Origin: a virus
Length of the DNA: 64,000 bases
Virus record (IMG/VR): IMGVR_UViG_3300030107_004732
Span: 1 to 64,000 of that record
Direction: 5' to 3' (one strand)
Below, piece by piece: positions 20,563 through 29,032 of the stretch. The first letter of the stretch is position 1. Every line of letters begins with the position of its first letter. Under the pieces are notes generated by a model, which saw only the letters and a program-made list of their open reading frames with translations, was not told where the DNA came from and searched no databases. The position numbers and the translations under genes were made by a program.

Positions 20563-21122
20563 TAGTACCCCGAATTATTATTATTTAATTTATTATTTCT
20601 TCTTCTACCTAATAAATTATTTTGTTGATTTCTTTGATTAGGTCTCATAAAGTTTCTACGACCCATTGAAGGTGTATTCATAACTCTAGAACCTCCACTA
20701 CCTGGTTTACGCATTTCAATATTAGGTAAACCTGCTGGTCTACGCCCTTGACCAACTCCTGTTGGGGAAAATCTTTGCCCTTGTCCTTGATTACCTATAC
20801 GTGGCGTATTTTGTGGCTGAACGTATCTAGGATCTTGTCGCCTTCCACCACCAACATTATCTTGCATACCACCTTGTCCACCAAATGTTGTATTATTATT
20901 TTGAGGTTGAACATATCTAGGGTCTTGTCTTCTTCCAGCACCAAAATTTCCAGTATTATCTGAAGTTTGGCCTGCAGGCATTGGACCTGGGTTTACTCCA
21001 AATCTTTGTGGTCCTCTAGGAGCAAACCTAGAGTTTCCAGCCCTTCTTCTGCCCATATTATTGTTCATTCCTGAGTTTCCCCCCGCTGGCATAGGTCTAC
21101 GACCTCTTCTATTAAATGCCAT
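20562..21122 (-). CDS. Low-complexity R/G/N/Q/P-rich disordered protein, 186 aa
   Basis: AGGAG RBS; internal repeat GRRQDPRYVQPQN x2 with synonymous differences. Confidence 0.8.
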   Translation of the reverse strand: MAFNRRGRRPMPAGGNSGMNNNMGRRRAGNSRFAPRGPQRFGVNPGPMPAGQTSDNTGNFGAGRRQDPRYVQPQNNNTTFGGQGGMQDNVGGGRRQDPRYVQPQNTPRIGNQGQGQRFSPTGVGQGRRPAGLPNIEMRKPGSGGSRVMNTPSMGRRNFMRPNQRNQQNNLLGRRRNNKLNNNNSGY

Positions 21123-21131
21123 GGTTTCTCC

Positions 21132-22700
21132 TTAAGCTACGACCCAACTTTTTGCGCTAGGTCTGTGTTTTGTCCAAACACCCTCTCTGCTTTTTTGCAT
21201 AGATTTAGGTGGATGAGCATGTTTACATGCATACGCTAATGCGTCTATAGTATCATCATGCCCCATTCTTGGACCAAATGTAAAAATTTCATGTTGTAAA
21301 TCATAATGATCTTTTCTTACAAACATACTTCTTATTGCAAATCTTTGTGCTAATATTTCTTGTATTCTATCTCTTTTACTCATTCTATTTCCTGGCTTTT
21401 CAGCACAATATTTAACACTAAAATCATTCTTTCTTCTCATTTCTGAAACCAATGCTTGAAAGACTGGTTTAGACATAGTAGTGTCTTCAATGGTAAAAAG
21501 AGAAGGGTGATAAATTTTGTTATAATCAAATAAATGATCCACAATCCCTTTTTTACCAGTTCCAGGAATCCCCAAAACAGGTAATGACCTATTACGAAGA
21601 TAGTCAAGAACATAGCAATTATTGTCACTATCAATAGCGACCATGATGATAACACTAAAGTCAGTATCTCTTCTAGCGCTATCCGTAGCTGGGTCAACGC
21701 CCGCAAAGACATTAACAGGTTTTTCAGTTCCGTCTTCAAGTATGACGTAGTTAATCCCAGTATCTTCATCATGTTTAAATCTTCCATCCCAAAACTGTAA
21801 ATGATCTCTTGTAAAAATAGCATCTTCACTATTTTGTACTTCCATCATATACTCTTGATAAAACTTTTGTGGCTGACCTGAATCGGCATAGAACTTCTTT
21901 TTACGTTCCATTTCTTTTTTTCCAAACCAACCAGGCCATAAAGATGAACCATCTGGCTGTAAAGCTTTATAACTTATCACATGCCAACTATATTTTTCAC
22001 CTTGTTTAACAGCTTTTTCTTTACCCACAAGTATATTTTGTATAAAGGAGTCAAAGTGAACAGGAGTTCCATTGATCCTAAGCCTACCCGTATGAGGCTC
22101 AAGAGCAGGGAAAACAACTGCGGTAACAAGATTCGCAATTTTAGCACGAGACTCAGACGTAATGGTATTATTTTCATCTTCAAAGTCGTCAAGAACAATG
22201 AGGTCATATCTTTTATGGAGTTTAGCTCCTCCTCTAATGCCTGACAAATTTGATTTTGATATGAGTTTACATCCATTTGTTAGCTCTATATCGTCTTCTG
22301 TCCATTTCTTACCTTTTAAATTACCGAAATAATACGAAACTTTTTCATTATATTCCAAATGGTATTTTATATAATCCAAATTAGGTACACTGATTTTAGA
22401 CGATGCGGCTACCCATCCATAAAATAAAGGGCTTGTAGCAAAACAAAAATCTCTCATAATACTACATTTAGTTAATACTGTTTTACCATGTCCTCTAGGC
22501 AGAATAACAGCTAACTGTCTTTTATCCATATCCATTAAAGAATCTGCTACCTCATAATGAAAAAAGGGAGTTTCACTTCTCATAAAATCGTCTGCTAAAA
22601 ATAATTTACCAAATGAAATCATGTCTTTTTGTGCAAGCATAAGAGCTTCTTCTGCCTTGCTAACGTTTTCTTTATTTATATTTAAGTTATATTTTGACAT
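21132..22700 (-). CDS. terL: Terminase large subunit
   Basis: Walker A PRGHGKT, Walker B LIVLDDFE, GTP motif, nuclease GVDPA and HDDTIDALAY. Confidence 0.96.
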   Translation of the reverse strand: MSKYNLNINKENVSKAEEALMLAQKDMISFGKLFLADDFMRSETPFFHYEVADSLMDMDKRQLAVILPRGHGKTVLTKCSIMRDFCFATSPLFYGWVAASSKISVPNLDYIKYHLEYNEKVSYYFGNLKGKKWTEDDIELTNGCKLISKSNLSGIRGGAKLHKRYDLIVLDDFEDENNTITSESRAKIANLVTAVVFPALEPHTGRLRINGTPVHFDSFIQNILVGKEKAVKQGEKYSWHVISYKALQPDGSSLWPGWFGKKEMERKKKFYADSGQPQKFYQEYMMEVQNSEDAIFTRDHLQFWDGRFKHDEDTGINYVILEDGTEKPVNVFAGVDPATDSARRDTDFSVIIMVAIDSDNNCYVLDYLRNRSLPVLGIPGTGKKGIVDHLFDYNKIYHPSLFTIEDTTMSKPVFQALVSEMRRKNDFSVKYCAEKPGNRMSKRDRIQEILAQRFAIRSMFVRKDHYDLQHEIFTFGPRMGHDDTIDALAYACKHAHPPKSMQKSREGVWTKHRPSAKSWVVA

Positions 22701-23851
22701 TAACGTTTATCATACATTAAATCTCTTAAAAGAGCTCCTGAAGCAGCCTTTGCATCAAATCCACCTTTATGAGAAAAAATTTGATTTTCAAATTGAACCA
22801 TATTATCAGTTTGAGGTGTAAATCTAAAAACTTTAGTTATACTATTTGGTCCAGAAATACGATTTAAATGTTCCCAACTATAAAATCTATGCTCTATACC
22901 TGATTGATGATCTCCTGCATCTTTTCCTTTCCAATGCGCATCAGTATAATTACCAGAAGCAAATAAAACACCTTTTTCTGTAACATCTAATACAATCATA
23001 GAATGTTTACCAGATTCATTTCCAGCTCTTGCTGCAAAATCACCTTCTTCTCCCATAATAACCCAATCACCTGGTTGAGCATTTTGAAAAGAATTAGAAG
23101 GGTTTCCGTCACCAACAGTTGTCCAATGTTTCCAAGATTCAGAAGGATCTCCTTTGTTACCTTTTTGAATTGCGTCAATAATATAATTATTATTACTAGA
23201 CCATTTATCTTCTGTTTTAGACCAAGGTAAATAATTAATTAGTCCAGCACCTGTATAAACTGCACATGCAGTATCAGCACATACTGAACCAGATCTTCCT
23301 TCTGGACCATCTTCACCAGGCATTAACGTAAAATGAGCTTTTCCGTCACCATAAGGAGATTCATAAATAGATTGTACCCCAGCTCTTTCTAAATAAGAGT
23401 TTACAATTTCTGCAGCATAAGGACTTGCTTCATCAAAATTAGCTACACTTGTTCCATACATGTCTTTTGCAAGTTTTATTTCTACTTGTCTTTTAATTTC
23501 ACGCATATGCACTTTATTATCTTTCATACCTTTTATAAAATAATAAAAATCATTAGTTTTGACTTGATTTAATTTTTTAGGGTTTTTTTCTAATTTGTTA
23601 TGATCTACTAAAATATTATAAGCTATATTATCAATATCAATTGAATATATTGATTTAAAGTCATTATCTGAACTATAAACAGGATAACTCCCTCCAAAAG
23701 TAAGTTCAGTTTCAGGAAACTCGTCAGGATGACGGCCTATAACCATATTAGCCATACCTAGCCCAGAAGCTACAGCAGTTGATGCTTCTGAAAGCCTCCT
23801 TCTAGCTTCAGTTGTCCCTGCTTGCATTAGTACATCAAGTAACCCAGGCAT
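22700..23851 (-). CDS. CHAP/NlpC-P60-like cysteine amidase domain protein
   Basis: SVCADTAC...QPGDWVIM...KHSMIVLDV...ASGN: Cys-His arrangement of the CHAP fold. Confidence 0.65.
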   Translation of the reverse strand: MPGLLDVLMQAGTTEARRRLSEASTAVASGLGMANMVIGRHPDEFPETELTFGGSYPVYSSDNDFKSIYSIDIDNIAYNILVDHNKLEKNPKKLNQVKTNDFYYFIKGMKDNKVHMREIKRQVEIKLAKDMYGTSVANFDEASPYAAEIVNSYLERAGVQSIYESPYGDGKAHFTLMPGEDGPEGRSGSVCADTACAVYTGAGLINYLPWSKTEDKWSSNNNYIIDAIQKGNKGDPSESWKHWTTVGDGNPSNSFQNAQPGDWVIMGEEGDFAARAGNESGKHSMIVLDVTEKGVLFASGNYTDAHWKGKDAGDHQSGIEHRFYSWEHLNRISGPNSITKVFRFTPQTDNMVQFENQIFSHKGGFDAKAASGALLRDLMYDKR

Positions 23852-24045
23852 TAATAACTCTTATCTTTTTTTAATTGAGCTAACTCTTCATCTGTTATTG
23901 ATCCATCAATTAGTCTATCAATAATATTTAATATTTGCGCTTGAGGCATGAATGCTTTTCCTACAGGTGAGTTAATAATATCAAATATTTGATCTGCAGA
24001 ACTTCTTATATACTCATCAGTAACATCTAATTTCTTTGAAGCCAT
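23851..24045 (-). CDS. Hypothetical protein, 64 aa
   Basis: Coupled ORF with GGAG RBS. Confidence 0.7.
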   Translation of the reverse strand: MASKKLDVTDEYIRSSADQIFDIINSPVGKAFMPQAQILNIIDRLIDGSITDEELAQLKKDKSY

Positions 24046-24777
24046 TTATTCTCCTATCTCTTTTGGCCTTTCAGCCTCTACTAAGTGTTTGTCTGCAAAC
24101 CCCTGAAATAATGCTCCTGATACCTGAGTAACAGTAGTTTTGTTCTTATCTTCTAAATCCATAATATCCGATAATTTAAACAATGCTTTTAGTCTAGTTT
24201 CATCTTTCTCAGATGTTAATGCAATATTGTTAATGTTTTCAAGTACAGCTTTTTCATCTATACCTATTTCTTTTAATATAGGCTTTAGTTCTTCTTTCAT
24301 AGCCGTCATAATCCTTTTTGTTTTTACAAGTTGCGCAGATTTCTGTTTAGCATAACCAGGGCTATTTGTAGGAAAAGCCTTCATATAAGCTTCCTGTGGT
24401 GATAACCCAGATACAATATACCCAACGAATAGATGCTCATGCTTACTTAGTACGGTCCGATCTAGCAGAACGTCTGCAGAGCTCTTATTCCCTCCAAAGG
24501 AATAAATATTGAGTCTGCGCGAAGTGTCCATCTTCGCCTTGGAGGTTACTGGAAAAGTCCCAGTGCACGTGCCAACGTATTCCCTAACCTTGTTCCGCCC
24601 TTTCGGCACGACCATCTTTCCTTTGCGCAATATTTGTATGTAACAGTTGTCATCAGCCTTTACCCAATCGCCTATATTAGCACTGCGCCAGTTACTTGCG
24701 ATTTTTATACTGCTAGGTATTTCGCTAATGTCATCGAATACAGTATGTTCTATTCTATTTACTTTATATACTCTCAT
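24046..24777 (-). CDS. Probable terminase small subunit
   Basis: FVGYIVSGLSPQEAYMKAF...AKQKSAQLVK HTH and ETRLKALFKLSDI oligomerisation helix; upstream of terL. Confidence 0.65.
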   Translation of the reverse strand: MRVYKVNRIEHTVFDDISEIPSSIKIASNWRSANIGDWVKADDNCYIQILRKGKMVVPKGRNKVREYVGTCTGTFPVTSKAKMDTSRRLNIYSFGGNKSSADVLLDRTVLSKHEHLFVGYIVSGLSPQEAYMKAFPTNSPGYAKQKSAQLVKTKRIMTAMKEELKPILKEIGIDEKAVLENINNIALTSEKDETRLKALFKLSDIMDLEDKNKTTVTQVSGALFQGFADKHLVEAERPKEIGE

Positions 24778-24810
24778 AATAAACAGAGCCCCGTCAAGGG
24801 GCGGTAGGAA

Positions 24811-24987
24811 TCAAGCTTTAGCATAATCCTTACCTATTTTTATTAGTTGCATATCTTCTACAGTTAACTTATATACATTATCTTGAGTTATATCTATAAT
24901 ATCATCATCTTCTATTACTTCTTCCTGTATCCATTCTACAGTATCACTATCTTCATCATATTTAATAGTTAGTATGTACTTTTTCAT
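24811..24987 (-). CDS. Small acidic hypothetical protein, 58 aa (MKKYILTIKYDEDSDTVEWIQEE...)
   Basis: First gene of the leftward operon; ATG lies 5 nt after the -10 box (possibly leaderless). Confidence 0.65.
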   Translation of the reverse strand: MKKYILTIKYDEDSDTVEWIQEEVIEDDDIIDITQDNVYKLTVEDMQLIKIGKDYAKA

Positions 24988-24992
24988 ATTGA

Positions 24993-25021
24993 AATTTATT
25001 AAATGGATTATTTAAAAGCAA
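24993..25021 (-). promoter_or_regulatory. Sigma70-type late promoter of the packaging/head operon
   Basis: TTGCTT-N17-TAAATT; shares CCATTTAATAAATT with 54758-54786. Confidence 0.65.
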
Positions 25022-25088
25022 CAATTATTTTAAAACGACTTTTGAAAATTGTGCAATTTTAGTGCTTGGCTATATTACGCACCCCCGC

Positions 25089-25101
25089 CCCCCTTCGGGG
25101 G
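25089..25101. other. GC hairpin at the strand switch (CCCCC-TTC-GGGGG)
   Basis: Isolated C/G-rich island in an AT-rich divergent intergenic region. Confidence 0.5.
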
Positions 25102-25168
25102 ATTTCCAAATTTACTTTTTAGTTATTTTTGATTTATATTATTTCGTTAACTAACAAAAGGAGATCCG

Positions 25169-25537
25169 ATGGACGAGATCAAGAAAAAGATACTCGCAAT
25201 TATCTTGCGAGGTATGGAAGCGCAGACTAACTGCGGTATCCAAGCTATGCAAATGCAAGCGATTAAAGGTAGAATGCCTAACTGGCAAGCACAACAGTTC
25301 ATGACTAATAACAACCAAGCGTTGTTAGGGTTTGGAACGATGGCTCCCAACATATTAAATGGGACATTGCCTGCACAGCAAGGTAATCCTGAGTTGACTC
25401 AGCTTGTTGAGTTACTCAAGTCGTCAGACAAGGGGTCTAGCAAGACAGATAAGAAGCTAGGTTACCTATCTAATGACATTAAGAACCTTACCGCAAGTGT
25501 TAAAGCATTAGTTGATTCACAACAACCTAAGCCGTAA
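25169..25537 (+). CDS. First early gene, Q/N/M-rich hypothetical protein
   Basis: AAGGAG RBS; followed by its own terminator. Confidence 0.8.
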   Translation: MDEIKKKILAIILRGMEAQTNCGIQAMQMQAIKGRMPNWQAQQFMTNNNQALLGFGTMAPNILNGTLPAQQGNPELTQLVELLKSSDKGSSKTDKKLGYLSNDIKNLTASVKALVDSQQPKP

Positions 25538-25558
25538 GCTTAACAGTTAACAGTAATT

Positions 25559-25578
25559 GGGGTCTTCGGGCCCCTTTT
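25559..25578 (+). terminator. Intrinsic terminator
   Basis: GGGGTC-TTCG-GGCCCC-TTTT. Confidence 0.75.
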
Positions 25579-25791
25579 ACCTATTTTATTACTAAAATAA
25601 CTTAATATTTATACAAATACAGGCAAATATAGTGATATATGGTATGATATAGACATACAGCAATATAGCCTGCTACAATGTATGCGTGTGTGTATGATAT
25701 ATATATAAACTTATACCACACATATAACAAGTATTTTGTTTTCTCCTAACCTATTAACGCCTAGTGTAAAAGCTAGGCAGAAAGGCATATC

Positions 25792-26289
25792 GTGATAGAT
25801 ATTAGCAATAAAGTCATTGGTACTTCATTAGGCCAATGCATTAGGGATATATTAGTTGGACATGTCAAGTTCACTGATGTAATAATGATATATTGTGGTA
25901 CAAACATACAATCTCAAAGAGACCTTAATAAAGTAATTGATAGGTATTCTAGAGATGTATGGGCTTTTCACAATGAAGAAGTAATTAGACAAGTGATAGA
26001 TTATTTTCTATTTAGAGGTTTAATACAACAGGAAAGAGTTGGTAATAACATTTATTATGGTTCTTATCCTAATCATACTAAACTTTGGTATAAACTATCA
26101 GACTTTGATGTTAAAATTCAAAAAGCGTTTACTGTAGTATTTAGCGCTAATTTGGATAATTCTGATAAAGGTGATATACCTGACGCTGATAAAAGACGCA
26201 ATTCTTCAGTTAAAGAAGAGTTGGATGATTTAATATTAGCTAACGCAAAAATTTATGATGCTAAAAGAAGGAGGTGTTTAAATGATTAA
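25792..26289 (+). CDS. Hypothetical phage early protein
   Basis: 165-aa ORF, IGTSLGQCIRDI motif. Confidence 0.75.
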   Translation: MIDISNKVIGTSLGQCIRDILVGHVKFTDVIMIYCGTNIQSQRDLNKVIDRYSRDVWAFHNEEVIRQVIDYFLFRGLIQQERVGNNIYYGSYPNHTKLWYKLSDFDVKIQKAFTVVFSANLDNSDKGDIPDADKRRNSSVKEELDDLILANAKIYDAKRRRCLND

Positions 26290-26656
26290 TATGATACCTA
26301 TAAGAGATGATCATAAGAAAGTATTAGTGAGTGCTAAAGATATAAAAACTATCTTCACTTTTGAAAGAGAGCCACGTTCAGAGACATTAGAGCAAAGACT
26401 TGCTGCTAAAAGAAATAATGAACAAGTATATTGTATTAATATAAAATATGATAGTTATTTTGAAGAAAATGGGATTGTTCTATCATATAGAAATGAATCA
26501 ATACGAGATACGGTATTTGAGAGTATTTATAAAACATTAGACTCCCGATCTAATATAGTTGATAATAGTTCAACAAAGGCAATTGAGCCTGTGATGCGTA
26601 AAGATCCTAAGTTTACATTTTATGATGTATGTGTAGGAGGTGCTTTATATGAATGA
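26282..26656 (+). CDS. Hypothetical protein
   Basis: AGGAGGT RBS; overlaps neighbours. Confidence 0.75.
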   Translation: MINMIPIRDDHKKVLVSAKDIKTIFTFEREPRSETLEQRLAAKRNNEQVYCINIKYDSYFEENGIVLSYRNESIRDTVFESIYKTLDSRSNIVDNSSTKAIEPVMRKDPKFTFYDVCVGGALYE

Positions 26657-26864
26657 TATTTATACAGCAACATTATTGTTCCCAGATGGTCATTTAGAGG
26701 TCTGGGAGCATATTGTTTATAATTATGCAGATGCTAGAACAGTGCATCTTTATTTAGAACTGTTTCGTCTTAATGGTGTGAAAATAGTAGATCAAACAAA
26801 TGATAAACTACTATATATACCTAAAATAGTATCATCATATCAATTAAGGGGGATGTTACAATGA
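26649..26864 (+). CDS. Hypothetical protein
   Basis: AGGAGGT RBS before the ATG at 26649; ATGA-coupled to the next gene. Confidence 0.65.
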   Translation: MNDIYTATLLFPDGHLEVWEHIVYNYADARTVHLYLELFRLNGVKIVDQTNDKLLYIPKIVSSYQLRGMLQ

Positions 26865-27424
26865 TAAGACTATTATTATTATTAAGTGTGTGTTATGGAT
26901 ATGTTAATCTTGACCTATTTGTAACACATGCTGCTAAACAGACTCATAGTTTTGTACAATATGATGGGTCTTATTATGATATTGATTACCCAATGGGTGA
27001 CATATCAAGAGATAAAGGTGTGTGTACTGATGTAATAATCAGAGCATATCGTGATTGTTGTGGAGTAGATCTACAAGAGTTAGTGTACGTAGATATGATA
27101 AATAATAATCATTTATATGATACACCTTATGAGGTTGATAATAATATTGACCACAGAAGAGTAAAGAACTTAAGAGTATTCTTTGAGCATAACGGATATG
27201 TTAAGCCAAATGATGATGAGTTCTATCCAGGTGATATAATTACTTGGAACCTACGCAAAAGAGGTAGTTTACCTCATATAGGAATATTATCTCATTTATA
27301 TAGTATAGATGGACATCCACTGGTTATCCACAATTCTGGTGGTGGTGTAGTTATTCAAGACATATTGTTTAAATATGATATAACTGGCCATTATGTATAT
27401 CGTGGAGAAGGGAGAATAAGATAA
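26861..27424 (+). CDS. DUF1287 (YijF-like) NlpC/P60-superfamily protein with short signal-like N-terminus
   Basis: YPMGD..GVCTDVIIRAYR, DLQ, NIDHRRVKNL, PGDIITW, LPHIGI motifs. Confidence 0.85.
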   Translation: MIRLLLLLSVCYGYVNLDLFVTHAAKQTHSFVQYDGSYYDIDYPMGDISRDKGVCTDVIIRAYRDCCGVDLQELVYVDMINNNHLYDTPYEVDNNIDHRRVKNLRVFFEHNGYVKPNDDEFYPGDIITWNLRKRGSLPHIGILSHLYSIDGHPLVIHNSGGGVVIQDILFKYDITGHYVYRGEGRIR

Positions 27425-27425
27425 T

Positions 27426-27677
27426 ATGTTTAATCCTAACCAATTAAAGCTAGATACTACCATATTACAGTCTAGAACTGTTGGTAATCTAGTAGAAATA
27501 TTAAGAGAAGGCTTAAAGTCTAATGATCCATTGATATTAAAAAAAATGGTAAAGTATATACTTAAAGAAAGAGATAAATCTTTACATATGTACAGCACTA
27601 GATCAAAAGGTGGCCATAGAAAAACTACTGTTAATAAAAAAATAGAAACAATACAAAGGAGTAAAGATGATAATTAA
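27426..27677 (+). CDS. Hypothetical basic protein
   Basis: 83-aa ORF in the early operon. Confidence 0.6.
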   Translation: MFNPNQLKLDTTILQSRTVGNLVEILREGLKSNDPLILKKMVKYILKERDKSLHMYSTRSKGGHRKTTVNKKIETIQRSKDDN

Positions 27678-28016
27678 TATGATAAAATTATGTGCTTATA
27701 CTTTAGCGATTGGCTTAACATTTGTTGGGGCATTTGCTATATTATTCAATGTATTTATTAACATATAGGAGAAACTATGGATGAGGAACATGAGGCTTTT
27801 GAAGCAGCATTAGAAGATATGGGCTTAAATGATGCAATAGTATTTATATTAGCCGATGAATATTATAATTTGTAACTAAAACAGGCTTTCTTTGTTGAGG
27901 ACAATAGTAATGATACTAAGCAAATAAACAAAGGAGGTGTTATGAATTATATTCGTGATAGTAGTAGTGTGGGATAACACTCATGCTACTGCTTGATCAA
28001 AAAATTATTAAACTTA

Positions 28017-28096
28017 TCCTATACCAATGTTAACTTGCCCTTGGCTCATACCCAAGAAGGCGAGAGTCCTGAGATAACAACAGGTAAGGTATAGGA
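28017..28096 (+). ncRNA. Candidate small structured RNA (possible pseudoknot)
   Basis: 9-bp closing stem TCCTATACC/GGTATAGGA with nested stems. Confidence 0.4.
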
Positions 28097-28141
28097 GCGC
28101 ATTGCACGCATTGCAATACAACAATGAATAATGAAATAAAA

Positions 28142-28549
28142 TTGAGAGTTATGAAACAGGCCTGATCACCTGTGGATTAACGATGTGAAACCTGTAGAGC
28201 ATTCTGGTGAGGAGTGTGCAGGTAGACTGTTAGGTGTGACCGCTATAATATCAAGTGATGTTGTAGAACTAGTAGAGGCTAGAACAGTCGTAGAGCCAAT
28301 ATAAATGATAAGGGAATCCTTATCCAGTGGGTGTATATGTCTAGAGATAGACACTGAATACGGTAAGCAGGTCTTACATGAAAACAGATACACTATTTAG
28401 TCTATGGATTAACTACCCATATGTGACGACCTATCGGGGTAACCAGCCCTCATGGAGATAGGAGTAGCATACTTGATCACTCTTGTAGACGAAACACTGC
28501 CAATTAAAAATGGTATCTTGCGGGTGTCCCAAATCCCGCCACAACTCAA
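28142..28549 (+). ncRNA. Candidate large structured ncRNA (~410 nt, GOLLD/ROOL-class in size and style)
   Basis: No plus-strand ORF, raised GC, paired 5'/3' ends, at least 8 hairpins and long-range complementary segments. Confidence 0.6.
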
Positions 28550-28579
28550 ATACTTTTAACCTACTAATCAAGGAGAATT

Positions 28580-29032
28580 ATGAATAAATTTACATGTGAT
28601 ATATGTGGAGACACATCTTATGGTCATTCACATAATACTCAACCATTATTAAATGGACAATGTTGTGCACTATGTAATATGATATTTGTTACAGCATCTA
28701 GAATTACTGGTGTTGATTCATTAGATGAACAAATAGAATATATGATGAAAATGAAAGATGAAGATGAACTACCTGATATGTTCTTAGAAGTTTTAGATAG
28801 AGTTCGTGACTATCAAGGTAAAATATTTCTAGAAGAAACAGCCAAAATATCTATAGAAGATCTAAACGCTAAATTAGATGAATTGGAAGAAGAGAAAGAA
28901 ATAGAAAAGTTAAATATGTCAAAAGAAGAGATAATATATAACTTAAAAAAAGCATTTGACAATGCAATTAAAATAGAAGCTTATGAAGCTGCTGCATTTA
29001 TTAAGAAAAGAATTGAGTCTCTAAAGAGTTGA
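28580..29032 (+). CDS. Zn-finger plus UVR (UvrB/UvrC) domain protein, McsA-like architecture
   Basis: CDIC...CCALC at the N-terminus; LKKAFDNAIKIEAYEAAAFIKKRIESL UVR-type motif at the C-terminus. Confidence 0.6.
   Translation: MNKFTCDICGDTSYGHSHNTQPLLNGQCCALCNMIFVTASRITGVDSLDEQIEYMMKMKDEDELPDMFLEVLDRVRDYQGKIFLEETAKISIEDLNAKLDELEEEKEIEKLNMSKEEIIYNLKKAFDNAIKIEAYEAAAFIKKRIESLKS

Noticed and set aside
25680-25708. Short GT/AT dinucleotide runs
   Set aside because: Too short to support a repeat array or phase-variation tract.
28166-28393. 75-aa minus-strand ORF
   Set aside because: Opposite to the local transcription direction, no RBS, and it lies within the structured RNA candidate.
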